Assembly: GCA_013239625.1 (NCBI GenBank)
Contig: MU053881.1
Coordinates: 12,972,879 to 13,036,878, forward strand
DNA from: Lama guanicoe
Lineage: Eukaryota
Direction: 5' to 3'
DNA: 64,000 nucleotides
Notes under the pieces: model-generated
Databases searched by the model: none
Told to the model about the DNA's origin: nothing
What the model saw: only the letters and a program-made list of their open reading frames with translations
Shown here: positions 12,624 through 24,348 of the stretch, one piece after another
Layout: every line of letters starts with the position of its first letter
How positions within the stretch are numbered: the stretch's first letter is position 1
Position numbers and translations under genes: made by a program

Positions 12624-12839
12624 CTGGAAGTGACCTTGCTGTTAGACTGGATCCTGTTAGACTGGACCCTGTAAATGAGGTACCAGACCACTTTTCCTGG
12701 GAAGGCTTTGTAAGAATCGGTTCCATAAAGTGCCTTAAAAAATGGCTGGTCATATCATACCCAATTATATGAGCATCATTCTTGAACATGATATTCCAGG
12801 CAAATCTTTGGTTGCATAACCAACATTTCCAATTATATC
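12624..12839 (-). pseudogene. Fossil selectivity filter, S6 and C-linker start, repeat II (216 nt)
   Basis: CCTCCTTTTTTTCCAG acceptor, CAG|GCAAGT donor; DIIGNVGYATKD...MMLI...AIF*GTLWNRFLQSL (cf. HCN AMFVGHATALIQSL); ends RSLP. Confidence 0.65.
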
Positions 12840-13164
12840 CTGGAAAAAAAGGAGGACAGATTTTTGAAGAACCTGTGGAAATAGCTATACTAACATGAAA
12901 AGTAAAGAGATGCAATTAGAGTTTCTGAATTTCTGTGTGTCAGTGAAAATGTATCATTTTTAAAAGTTTCACTTCAGCCTACCAGTACGTTCTATTAAAA
13001 TATTAAATTGTTAGAATTTATAGATAGCTCCAAATTAAGGGCTTTGTGTTTGTGTGTATGTATAACACATGACAAAGGATATATATAATACATTAAATAT
13101 TGCATTTATTAGTATAGATATGTGAATACATACAAAACGTTAGCAGTATTTTTTAAAAACCTAC

Positions 13165-13711
13165 CATTATCCCTCATTAGTTCATTTGAGCTTATGTAAA
13201 TTCTTGTTCCAATGGATCTTGGGTTAGCAGTCTCGGGAATTCCACCGCTTTTTAATGACAGAATTCTGGAAATTCTCACTCAGCAGCCCTGTGTGGTGTG
13301 AATGTTGTTTGAGGGTTACTATCAGGAATCCACTCTTCAAAGTATCACCTGTTTGAAATGCCTGGTACAGTCCTTTTCCACAGATCTTTGAAACAGTCCT
13401 ACTTTGTGTGCAAGAACTCTGACTTACAGCTGCAAGACATTCAGGGACGGATCAAAGTAAAAGAAACTTTCTGTAGATGACAGAGATTCAGAATGGCTGT
13501 GGTTAGTTTATTCCTGATTATTTTCAAAGGGGAAAAAAGTCTGATGACAATTCACAACAAGAATAATACATCTGACAAGGAAATCAGATTGATGCTGGCA
13601 TGTGGCAGGGGGATAAAACAGATCATAAGGTCGATCCAAAACAAGTTTTAGACAAAACGTCTTCTAAGAATAATGAATAAGGATATTTTCAAAGATCCAG
13701 GGAACATCGAT
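13165..13711 (-). pseudogene. Fossil S3-S4-S5-turret-pore helix exon, repeat II
   Basis: GSLKISLFIILRRRFV*NLFWIDLMICFIPL (S3, cf. WFVVDFISSIP); FLL*IVIRLFSPLKIIRNKL (S4); EEWIPDSNP (turret); RIYISS; CAG acceptor and GTAGGT donor. Confidence 0.65.
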
Positions 13712-13801
13712 CTGTTGCAAAAATGAATACACAATTTTTACAGAGAAAAAAACTTTGATATATAACAATCCAAAAGTGTAATAAGTGTGTTTGTATATTA
13801 C

Positions 13802-14087
13802 ATATGGAGCCTTTAGTAAGAATATGTCAATAGCATATGGAGACTATTAAGAGGCTCAGTGTGTCTGAAGTCCTAAATATTGGTATTAAACAGCAACGTC
13901 AACAACAAAAACTTCATTGTTAATATTAATGTGCATAGTCAACTGAAAATCACTGGCGAAGAGATGCTAGGCCCGAATTAAAGAAACGAGTTTACAGCCA
14001 TATAAACATTTTACGTAGCAGCTTAACTTAGGACCACTAACACCATACTGTTTGCCTAATATCATCAGGCGAACCACCACCAGGACT
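13802..14087 (-). pseudogene. Fossil CNBD-I end, inter-repeat linker and S1-S2 of repeat II
   Basis: VLVV/SPDDIRQ (cf. LFCLSKDDLME), then FGPSISSPVIFS*LCTLILTMKFLLLTLLF and LSLLIVS/YAIDIFLL; CAG acceptor and GTAATA donor. Confidence 0.55.
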
Positions 14088-14780
14088 CTGACACATATAG
14101 AAAAATGTGACAGAACTATTTCTTACTATATTTTTTTCAGTGTTTTTGAAGTTAAAACATACTATATAGAAAGCAAGGATATTGACTAATATCTGGAGAT
14201 GTCTTAATGAAACATGCCATCTCTAAAATTTTTGTACTGGTAACATTTTAACTATATAAATTTAACCTTTGGAAGGCTGAACAGCTTTTCCGTTTGACAG
14301 TGATTCCAATGAAACTCATAAACAGTAATATATCATATACGCTATTTTTAGAGTTTTGCTTTTCGTAAGGTAAAAAAATAAATCTGCGATTTTCCAGGGT
14401 ACCTTTATAGGGGATCTCAAAGTATTTTTAAGTGTAAAAGATAGCCTGCAAATTATAATTTATTTTACATTTAAGATTTGAATTTAGGAAACCCAAATCA
14501 AATTTTTCAGGTAACTTGAAAATTTAGCTTAGAACCATAAGTGCCTGAGAAATTATAATTGACTATCCATTTGAAAGTAATAATGAAACACACAAATAAA
14601 AATATACAGTAACGTGGTTATAAATAATCTTAGCTCCTTCATAATTGAGGAAACTTTATTTTTCTTAAATAATCAAGGACTTAATAAAGTCAATATAAAT
14701 CAAAGAAAATTGTTCCAAAAAGATACAAAAGTGGTGCCATCACGTCAGGTTGCATAGAAAAGGAGAATGACCCTGCATAC

Positions 14781-14943
14781 CATAGGTTAAGGCAATAAAC
14801 AGCAAACCAGGGACACAAGCCCACAAATATTGAGCAAGTTTGCAAAGATTTTACACATTTCATAGATTTCCAGACTCATGTAGTAAGTTAAGGCAAATAA
14901 AATTAATTTCCCAATTTCCTCTGTTAGTATGCTTTTTCATATT
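14781..14943 (-). pseudogene. Fossil CNBD beta-roll exon, repeat I
   Basis: TTCCAG acceptor, GTATGC donor; across frames NRGNWEI, VKSLQTCSIF and FIALTY (cf. KCNH VRALTYC). Confidence 0.55.
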
Positions 14944-15129
14944 CTGGAACAAACTAACTTAGGAAAGATCTCAGGGCATCTGTGAGCTCAGAACTAATTT
15001 CATAATATTACTAAGATATTGTTACCACTGACCGTTTGTCATTGCTATCTTCAAATCAATAAACATTTGATAAATTTCTTAGTTTCAATTTCCAGTACTA
15101 ATTGGTAAATATCACTAATTACAACCCAC

Positions 15130-15422
15130 CTATACATATAAGGGAGAGTTCTTTGGGATGCTGAATAAATTTGAAGAATGTAAAGAAATATAAACAACAA
15201 GAACAAAAAATTCTAAATCCAGTTTATGATTGCTTTGTTCAGGTGACAAGATGGTATGGATAATTGGGAATGTCTTGTCATACTCTGATTTGCAGAGCTA
15301 ATAAGTACGTATCATACAACTTTCTATAGCTAGTAGCAACTGTTATACATCTTCTTGATATGGCAGGGATGGCAAAATAGCAAAAAAATCAGTATGTTCA
15401 GTAGCAGACTCAAAAGATGCCT
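15130..15422 (-). pseudogene. Fossil C-linker and CNBD start, repeat I
   Basis: Long pyrimidine tract plus CAG acceptor, GTGGGT donor; DFFAILPSLPYQEDV and KLDLEFF...LFSIPKNSPLY (cf. HCN DPNF...FQPGDYII). Confidence 0.5.
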
Positions 15423-15502
15423 CTGTACAGTATGTAAAAATAGAAGAAACAAAACAAAATTAAACTTAGAGGTCGATGCTTTAGCATTCTGTTCTTACTT
15501 AC

Positions 15503-15702
15503 AAATGACCTAGGCATCTAATGACTCTCCATTCACTTAATGTAATACCAGTTTAAGATTTAAGTTACCTAAAGATCCTAGAAGTTGTATTTAAACCAAC
15601 ATACCATAAAAATAAACTGTTGAAATAAAGTTTTGAATAATGATTCAGACACAGATTTATACCTTTCATTTATCTTCAGCATTAAGTAGGAGTTATTTTA
15701 GC
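15503..15702 (-). pseudogene. Fossil post-filter/S6/C-linker start of repeat I
   Basis: Ends ITLSEWRVIRCLGHL (cf. CNG VSKDMEKRVIKWFDYL) at a GTAAGT donor; frameshifted ITP/NAEDK near its start. Confidence 0.45.
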
Positions 15703-15922
15703 CTGTTTTATCTGAAAACCATTATAAGTTTAGAAAAGCAGACCTAATAGAATGTTTTAAAATCTTGTATCACATTTAACACTGATAAATCAAAGAAGAC
15801 ACAGCAGTTTTATTAAACCCAAATTGTTAACTAATCTCATTTGCCAGAGATTTGTTTACTATGTTTAAATTATGTGAATTTGGATTCTTTAAATGTTTTT
15901 GAAGGTTTAAAAAATATTTCCT

Positions 15923-15997
15923 GGGAGGCTGGGCATAGCTCAGTGGTAGAGCACGTGCTTAGCATACATGAGGTCGTGGGTTCAGTCCCCACCCCCG
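15923..15997 (+). mobile_element. tRNA-Ala(AGC)-derived SINE head (camelid Vic-1-like), almost tailless
   Basis: A box TAGCTCAGTGG, loop TTAGCAT, B-box-like GGTTCAGTCC; anticodon and acceptor stems are mismatched. Confidence 0.75.
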
Positions 15998-16249
15998 TTA
16001 GAAGTTTTTTTCCTTAATCTAGTGTATTTATATTATTTGAAGTCAAACTTCCTTATTTACTTGGGAGTTCAGGAATATTTTATTTATATCTATCCTTATT
16101 AAAGCCTCTACAAGCCAATTATAATTGTTTCTGTTATTTAAAAGACTTTGTAATCTAATAGATTCATACCACCTAGCAGTAAATAGATATTCTATTTACT
16201 ATATATAATATTTCTATATATAAAGTAGAAATATTAAATACCACAAAAT

Positions 16250-16670
16250 AAGAGGTGAAAGCTTTTCTGAATCACTGTCATACAGACATAGAAACACAGA
16301 TAAAGAGAGCTTGTATTTTAAATGTAAAATTTCAACCCTGGGTCAACAGTAAAGACTGAAATGCAAAAACTCCCTGGTCCACATATCAAAGAGCTGTTCT
16401 ATTCCTAGTGGACATGAAATTCTTAATTAGTCCGAGCTCAAAACTAACATCTCAGTGGAATACCTCCAAAATTGTTAAAAGTGATTCTCAAAAAAAGGGT
16501 AAAATCGTGACTCTCTTACAAATGTAAAATGAACACTTGTTAAAGATTTTATTTCACTTGTAGTGAGAGAGCCAGACATATTGATAGCCTGTTTAAAGGT
16601 GAATTCAAACGAATGGAAATGTTTATGGATCAGGAATATTGAACTAAATGAGCAAACGGACACAATATTA
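16250..16670 (-). pseudogene. Fossil S2-S5 of repeat I
   Basis: SSIFLIHKHFHSFEFTFKQAINMSGSLTTSEIK resembles CNG S2 and the S2-S3 loop; VTILPF is S3-like; LRISCPLGIEQLFDMWTRE resembles CNG LRFSRMFEFFDRTETR. Confidence 0.5.
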
Positions 16671-16795
16671 TTTTTCTCCCAGGTGTGGGTTGCAAGTGGT
16701 GAGAGTAGAGTGTTGGTCTCTCCACTCTAAATAATTCATTTTCATGCCTATAGTTAAGACTTTTGCATTATTACTATTAGTGATCCACAACTTAC

Positions 16796-17012
16796 AGAGT
16801 CGTTAAGTAACTCCTATAGAATCAGAATCAAGAAAGTTGAAGAGTGTGCTACAATAAATGTATGGTGTTCCACCCAAACACAATTTTTTTCCTGTACTCA
16901 GGTCATTCTGGCTTGATCTCTGAATCTCTCTCTTATCACAAGATAGTCTGTATGTTAAATGATTTGGGAAAGGGGACACTTTTTTTTCCTGAAAATATTT
17001 GCTTTTTTGCAT
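16796..17012 (-). pseudogene. Putative first coding exon: N-terminus plus S1 of repeat I
   Basis: ATG at 17012 (MQKSKYFQEKK...); hydrophobic HTFIVAHSSTFLILIL*ELL in a shifted frame; GTAAGT donor at 16795. Confidence 0.4.
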
Positions 17013-17131
17013 TTTTTAAAAAAAGTAATCAGCATCTTTAGCTATAGAGCTGTATGATCTTTGAATGAGGTTGTGCTTTTAGAAAGTATTGGTCTGTAGT
17101 ACAGTGATGGCTTGGGCAAAGCATTAAAAAT

Positions 17132-17340
17132 GATTTGCAAATATTAGCAACTGTATATAGATTAAAAAACAAGTTTCTTCTGTATAGCACAGGGAACTAT
17201 ATTCAATATCTTGTAGTAACCTGTAATGAAAAAGAATATGAAAATGAATATACAAATGTATATGCATGACTGGGACATTGTGCTGTACACCAGCAGTTGA
17301 CACATTGTAACTGACTGTACTTCAATTACGAAAAAAAAAA
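17132..17340 (+). mobile_element. Young L1 3' end
   Basis: gtatagcacagggaactatattcaatatcttgta...poly(A). Confidence 0.85.
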
Positions 17341-19266
17341 GTGGAGAGGTACAGCTTAAGGACTTCACTACTTGTGGGAAGAAACTTTGAACTACATCTT
17401 TTTGCATGGAATCTGTCCAGTGCCTGGCTTTATGACTTCATTGTAAGGGAAAGGAAACCCCTAGACATCAGTGTTGGAAATGTAGCTTGCTAAAATTATA
17501 GATGTTACAATACTCGGGAAAAGTGAGGCAGAATGAGGAGAAGGTTGTAGGTAAGGTGAGTGAGGAATTACAAAAAAGAATAAGGAGGGAAAAAACTGGC
17601 CAGCTGGTTGGAAGAAATGGAATGTCCTCGTCTCCCCTAATCGGTACTCTCAGCTACGACCTTTGTGAGGTTGGTGTGGCCAGGACAGATTTCCCCCAGA
17701 GACACCCCCACAGTGAGTTCTGTGCCTTCTAATGAAGGTGTTATGATTATGGGGTTTGCCTGGGATCCTTCTCATCCCTTAGAAGTCAAAGGCACCAAAT
17801 GCTTTCTTATGTTCATCCACGTCACCTGGGACAAAGCTGGTGAAGGCCCTACTATAGGGGTTGCAGACAAAGAAGTATTTAAGAGGGTGGAAGCCACCAA
17901 AGAAAGAGGTGAGTGTAGGGGTCCCTGTAAGTAGTGTGGTGAAGGGAGTCCCTGGAGCCCCATGATACACCATCTCCAGTCTTCATGCCTTGAGGTGCGG
18001 ACACGTAGGGGCAGTGTGGCTCAGCTCACTTTGGCCTCGTCCCAGTATTGGCGCCCTACCCGAGCTTTTAAGTTACTGGCTTAGAACAGTAACAGTGGTT
18101 TTTTAGTTCTTGTCTCCAAAACCTTCCTTGTAGTTTAGTTACATAACTTCACTGCTTTATCTTCTACTCCAGACCTCCCTGCACTGTTTATCTACCTGCT
18201 TTGTCCCATCTGTAATTCCTTTACAAATTCTGGAGTTATATTTTTAAATAGTAACCATAATGATTGGCTCACAACTATCTGCTTCTGGACTTTTCTAACA
18301 TGTTGAGCTAGCAGGTGCCGGTGCAGGGGTTCCAGAGTCTGCATTCTTAACTACTACGATCTGACTGATGTTTCAATCTCCATGTGGTCTACTCTCGGGA
18401 TAAAAGAGGAGAGGAAACTAGCACATAATGAGCGTCTGCTCTGTAGTCACTACAAAGTTTGATAAAACTTTCCCTAGTTAATGATATGCCTTATGACAGT
18501 TGACATTTCCATTTTAAAATCCAAATTATTATGAATTAACTTATGTGAGAAACTTATAACTGTCAATAATGAAAGTATACTAATTTTGCCTACATTGAGA
18601 AGTGATACATGATTTTGTCAAAACCAGTGAGAATATTATTTCAGTCACTATATCAGATTATTATTAAGAACGATCACCCAACTAAAGTAGAATGGCTACA
18701 AATATGAAGCTTCAAAGAATTCTGTGCAGACACCTTTCTGGATTCCACTCCTAAGTTGTCACAATGCTTCTTTGCTTCCAAATTGCCATCCACAAATTAT
18801 ACTTTCTATATTAAATTATTAGTTAATTAGTTAATAGTTAACTGTTTACTGAATCTTAGTGCAAATAAAAGTTGAATTTTCATTCTGTGAGGAAACTAAG
18901 AGAATAGCCAGTTATTATCCTGATAAAGTTGCTTTTCACGTTTTAAATCATGACTCACAAGATGTTTCAATTGTTAAAATAAAAGTAGAAATGAAGGATT
19001 GGGTGTGTTTTTCCACTGGAAATCAACACTGAAGTTTGATATAACTCAGATGAGTAATATGTACACATTTCTACACCTGTCTCTGTCAAAATTGATCATA
19101 TAGAGTATTATTATTATTGAAGTAGGGGTGAAAAAAGGAGGTGGGAATAGTTATAAGGGTTTGGAGTGAGCTTTATTGGATTACAACTCAGAATAATAAA
19201 AGTATTGTCCACAAAGTTCCAAGATACAGAGAGAGGTAAGGTCAATATCACAGAAAAGGAAAAATT

Positions 19267-19747
19267 TGTTTTGTAGATGAGTTCATAGTGTCTTTTTTTT
19301 TTTTCTTTTTCCTTTTTAGATTCCACATATGAGTGATATCATATGGTATTTTTCTTTCTCTTTCTGGCTTACTTCACTTATAAAGAGGATCTCTAGGTCC
19401 ATCCATGTTGCTGCAAATGGCATTATTTTATTCTTTTTTATGGCTGAGTATAGACTCGCAGACATAGTAAACAGTCTTAATGGTTACCGGGGAAAGGGGG
19501 TGGAAAGGGATAAATTTGGGAGTTTGAGGTTTGCAAATGTTAGCCACTATATATAAAATAGATTAAAAAAAGAAAACAAGTTTCTTCTATATAGCACAGG
19601 AAACTATATTCAGTATCTTGTAATAATCTTTAATGAAAAAGGAATATGAAAATGAATATATGTATGTATATGCATGGCTAGGACGTTGTGCTGCACACAA
19701 GAAATTGACACATTGTAGCTGTAGTTCAATAATTAAAAAAAAAAGAA
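19267..19747 (+). mobile_element. 5'-inverted young L1 (twin priming)
   Basis: 19267-19450 is antisense L1; 19452-19747 is the sense 3' end with poly(A); TSD AAAAGGAAAAATT at 19254-19266 and 19748-19760. Confidence 0.85.
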
Positions 19748-22379
19748 AAAAGGAAAAATTAAGAATTGTAGCAATGACTATTCAGCACTATTTCAATCAT
19801 ACAAGAAACCTAAGATGTCAGATAGCAGGATTTAGGAGGGGGATCTAAACCCATCCCCATGGGAAGCCTGGTCACAGAAAGAGACCCATGCAGCCAGAGC
19901 CGTTGCCTGAGAGGCTGAGACTGGCTCGTGGCTAAGTTCACGGGTGGCGAGAGGCTGTCCAGGCAGAGGGCACCTCGGGAGAAGAGCACTGAGGCAGGAA
20001 TTAAAACAGCACGTTCTGCGACAACCAGGAAGCCAGTCACTCTAAATTGAGGTAGACTTTGCTTAATAGAAGTGAGATCACTGCTTCAGGTAACAGCAAG
20101 CATTGGTTTGGGTACCTGCTCTGTCTCTTTGGGCCAGTAATCTGCCTAACTGAGCGTCAGTTTCTTCATTGGTAAAAAGGAGATATTGATTGTATGATCC
20201 ACCAAATGTTCTCAAATTCAATTCAAACATAATCCCCAATGATTTTTCATACAAAATGTTAACTATAGGAAGAGGAACCAAGCCAGTAGAATTGAGAGTA
20301 ATGGGAACACATAGCCTACTAATTCTCACCTAAAAAGGGGGGGGATTGTCTTAGGAAGTCTACTAGTTTTTCTTGCCTCAAGATTCCTATCTTAGCAATT
20401 CTTTTATTTCTTTGTGTTACACACATGACTTCATCTTTGTCTCTTCAGAGTACCGCAAAATTTTGGATTAATCATGAACACTTTGCAAAGGCGTTTTGTG
20501 TTTACAATGATGGAAGAGTATGAACTGATAAATATTCCCATAGCAGGGACATTAAGAACATCGATAGAATGCAGACCGAGGACTTTGTCCTGGGCTCTGT
20601 CGTAGCAAATAGAACCTAGAGCTTTGTTCTACAGGATGCCTGGACACTGGCTTGGAAGGTTAAAGGAGAATCACCTAAGGTGTTTTGAGCCATCCAAATA
20701 GAAGGAAGATAATTTTTAGCATGCTGTTTGTGGAATCTGATTTTAGTATTTTTGTGAAATACTGTCTATGTCCTATATGCCTATCTGTAGACAAACATAT
20801 TTGGGGGTCCACTTTTAAGGAGAATTTGTAGCCACTTTATATACACTGACAAAATATCTTTTTTAAATGGGTATACTTTTAAGTTTCCAGCACTTTCATA
20901 TTAAAATGGAACCGTTACTCTTTTAGCTGATGGTGTTCTCATTAATCATTGTTTATCCTTCTAACCTATCCTTTCTTTCATATGATTGAAATGACAGCTT
21001 GAATGATTAGTTCTCTCCTTCAGTTTATATATACAGAGGGAGAAAGAGCTTTGTATATAAACCTTTTGCTAACCTGTACCTTGCACTGTGGCTAACAGCC
21101 TGTGAATGCCTTAGGAGATACAACTCAGAGGTAAAAATGGACCAAGACTCTCTAGTTCAGGGAGTTTTTAACCATTTTACCTGTTATAAAATGATAAACT
21201 AATATTGCATCCTTACCTCCCAAGCCACATCTGAAGGGCTGTCAATAGTTTAGAATGGTTTTGCTTTTGGAAAGAGGTATTCTAAAGACTAAATGCTTTG
21301 TTTTTGTATTTGGGAAATATTTTGGGTCATGTAATTCTCCTGTGGTAGCACCTAAAATGTATAATTTTAATTTTTTTTAAGAAAAGAATTTTTTACTTCA
21401 CTCTTCATCAGAGCTCTGTTCTCTTTACCTTTTGCTTTTGTATGCCAAAATAGATACTTGTGTTTGTACATGTAAATTTAATGGTATGCATTTATTTTGC
21501 TGGTTTTGCATAAAGAAGTAGCTCTCAGAGATTATCACAATGTAGTGTAAATGAATTGTAGTTTAATTTTGAAAGAGAACTGTGGCATATCCATACTCTA
21601 ATTTGTCCTGATTCACTGCTTCTCTACACAAATACCTAAAGGAGATTTATACAAAAGAAAAATAAAGCTGCTTTATATTTTCAGCTGGGGATTTGCTAGG
21701 TTTAAGGTAACCTAGATTGTATAGATGATTGTATTATCTGAAAATTTCTTCCTCCATTACCCAAATCCATTGAGATACAATTCAGGTTACATCTACTAGA
21801 ATCAGAGTAAAAGGAATCAGAAAGGTAGAAAGGAAGGTAAAATATTTGCTTCTGATAGACTGCTAATGAGTACTGGACACTTCACATGGACTGTGTAACT
21901 TACTAATTTCAGCAACACTTGCTTCAGCAAATACCACTATTACCTTTATGTGATAGGTAAGCATAGTAAAGCTCAGAGGGGTATACCATTCGTTTAGGTT
22001 CACTTGTCTAAAGCCTGGATTATATCTGGTCTGTCTTTCTGCAGTGTATTTTACTGTTCACTCCTCTCTCTGCAGTCCAGCTCTCATTTAGGGGCAAGTG
22101 GTCCCAGACTAGCTGATAACACTGGGGAGTGAAGAAAACAGAGCCTTTGAGGAGGTGAAGTGGTGTTCAAGGCTGCTTCCTAGGGTTCTTACTTCTCGGA
22201 CTATGTGGAACCAGAAATGAGATGTGGCTACTGCTTCCTCCGTGCTTGCTAGCTCCTCCATTGCCTTGAAAATCCTTATCCCCTGGAGTGTGCCCCTGTT
22301 ACAAGGTGTGGAGCAAGACCAACCAGATGAGTGCTGTTCCTCTGTAAGGGATGTGTGAAGGACTCAACAAAGTCCCCTA

Positions 22380-22980
22380 GGTGTGGTGGTTCAGCGGTGA
22401 ATAGATGTGGTCTTTCCCCTCAAGGATGTGTATTACACTGGACAGGGAGAGAGATGAATCCCTTAAAATAAACTAGGTCAACAGATCCGTAACAACTCCA
22501 GATTGTGAAAGTGGCCATGAAGAAAACAGTAGTAGGATAGAGGATGGTGGCATGTGGGTAAAGGCTAATTTGGATTTTAATTAGGTTGTTTCTTGAGGTA
22601 GTTTGGTCAGAGAAAAATTCTCTGAGGAGGTGACATTTGAAATTAGAACAGCATGATAATTAAAAGAGGCTAGAACATTCCAGGCAAAGAAAAGAGCCAA
22701 GTGCCTCAACCGAGCGTCAAGGATGGAGATTTTGAAGGGAAGAAAGAAGGCCAGTATGCATGGCTGTAGTGAAGGAGCTGCAGGGATGGCTGATACGAAA
22801 GGAGTCCAGCAGGACAGAGTCCGAGCAGTGCAGCCTTTGAGGGAGTTTGAGTTTCATTCTGAAAGTAATGTGAGGTCTCTGATACGTGAATGATGTGATC
22901 TGACTTATGTTTTTGAGAAGATGACTCTGGGTGCTGTGTGCAAGAATGCATTGGGTGAGTGGGTAGACCGGTGCTAACAG
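22380..22980 (-). mobile_element. L2 fragment
   Basis: tctgaggaggtgacatttga...cattccaggcaaag...tgatctgacttatgtttt motifs. Confidence 0.65.
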
Positions 22981-23942
22981 AATGAGATAAAAATGGCAGA
23001 AATAATCTTTACAGGATCCAAGTGAGATAGATTGCACTGCACGCTCCCATTTCTCTAAACGTAATCAGGAAAACATTTCAGGTTAATTGAAATTATTGAC
23101 TAATCGAGAACTTACATATGTTTTAAATGAGTTATTTCTCTTTTACTGAAAAAAAAGTGAATATTTATATAGCATTGAAATCAACTGTTTTGGAATCAGA
23201 GGTTACCTTAAAATCTTGTCATCTAGTTGAATTTCTTTTATAAAGCAGTGAAAAAAATTCAGAGTAAGTTGGGAAAATGTGAGTTTTCTGAATGTGAATG
23301 GAATTACTATGTTTAAAAAGATCAGTGAAGCATTGCTATTTGAGCAGAGGAATATTTTGAGTAAACGTGATTTCTGTTTAGCAGGTCTGGGAATTGGAGT
23401 AGCTTATTCTGTCTGTTCTGCTTCCTTCTCATGATAAATGAAAAGTCAGATGAGAACTGTTATCCAGCTAATGAAAAATACCTAGACGTACCTAGAAAAC
23501 AACAACCATGTCCGTTTTTGTTCAGTAAGTGCCTATAATGTGTCAAGCCCTGAACTAGGTGTATAAGCAGGAGAATCCTACAGGAAAATATTGTTTCCCC
23601 ATATTAAGAGTGGGAACGTGAAATGTAGTGAGTAAAATTAATTTGCCTAAATTTACATAGTTTGTGGAAGGTGAACATAGATTTATCCCAAGCAGAAAAG
23701 AAAAAATTATTGAAATGAAACTGTAAAACAAATTGTCAATATTTATAAGCAGTTCAATATCTGTCTTAGAATTCATGTCTTTTTCTCAAAACTTTATAAT
23801 TCCAGTAGTGTCTTTTACTAGTTTGAGGAAAATACAGACCAGTTTGGTGTATCTAAAAAAGAAAAGAACTAAAAAAGACTGGTGACTAAAAAAGAAAGGC
23901 AGAAAGAACAATTAGAAAGAAAGATATAAAAAGACTATAGAT

Positions 23943-24281
23943 GTGGAATCTAAAAACAAGAAAAAGAAAAAAAAGGACACCACAATTCATCTACAAAACA
24001 GAAACAGGCTTGCAGACATAGTAAATAATCCTATAGTTACCAGGGAAAGGGAGGGGGAAGGGATAAATTTGGGCGTTTGAGATTTGCCAATGTTATCCAC
24101 TATATGTAAAAATGTATTTAAAAGTTTCTTCTGTATAGCACAGGGAACTATGTTTAATATCTTGTAATAACCTTTAATGAAAAAGAATATGAAAATGAAT
24201 ATATGCATATATATGTATGACTGGGACATTGTGCTGTACACCAGAAATTGATGCATTCTAACTGACTGTACTTTAATAATA
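23943..24281 (+). mobile_element. Young L1 3' end
   Basis: Same family as 17132; TSD aaaaag(a/g)ctatagat at 23928-23942 and 24282-24296. Confidence 0.85.
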
Positions 24282-24348
24282 AAAAAGGCTATAGATAGAT
24301 ATAAAAGAATAGATTTTATTCCAAGTGATTCTGCAAATATTCTACAGT

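Larger units (their letters stand above)
2768..17012 (-). pseudogene. Decayed multi-exon pseudogene of a four-repeat CNBD-family channel (CNGK/tetraKCNG-like)
   Basis: About 17 minus-strand segments, most bounded by pyrimidine-AG and GT/GC sites, translate (with stops and frameshifts) to S1-S4, S5-pore-S6, C-linker and CNBD motifs repeated four times in collinear order. Alignment by eye only. Confidence 0.72.

Noticed and set aside
13165..13260. SGGIPETANPRSIGTRI resembles the APOB/vitellogenin N-terminus
   Set aside because: Short isolated match; flanking exons fit a channel S3-S4, pore and C-linker order far better.
12500..15900. Endogenous non-retroviral virus element (repeat-poor, coding-like, some CpGs)
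   Set aside because: Splice-site-bounded structure and ion-channel motifs indicate a cellular gene relic.
15923..15997. Functional tRNA-Ala gene
   Set aside because: Acceptor and anticodon stems are mismatched and the B box is altered; it fits a SINE.
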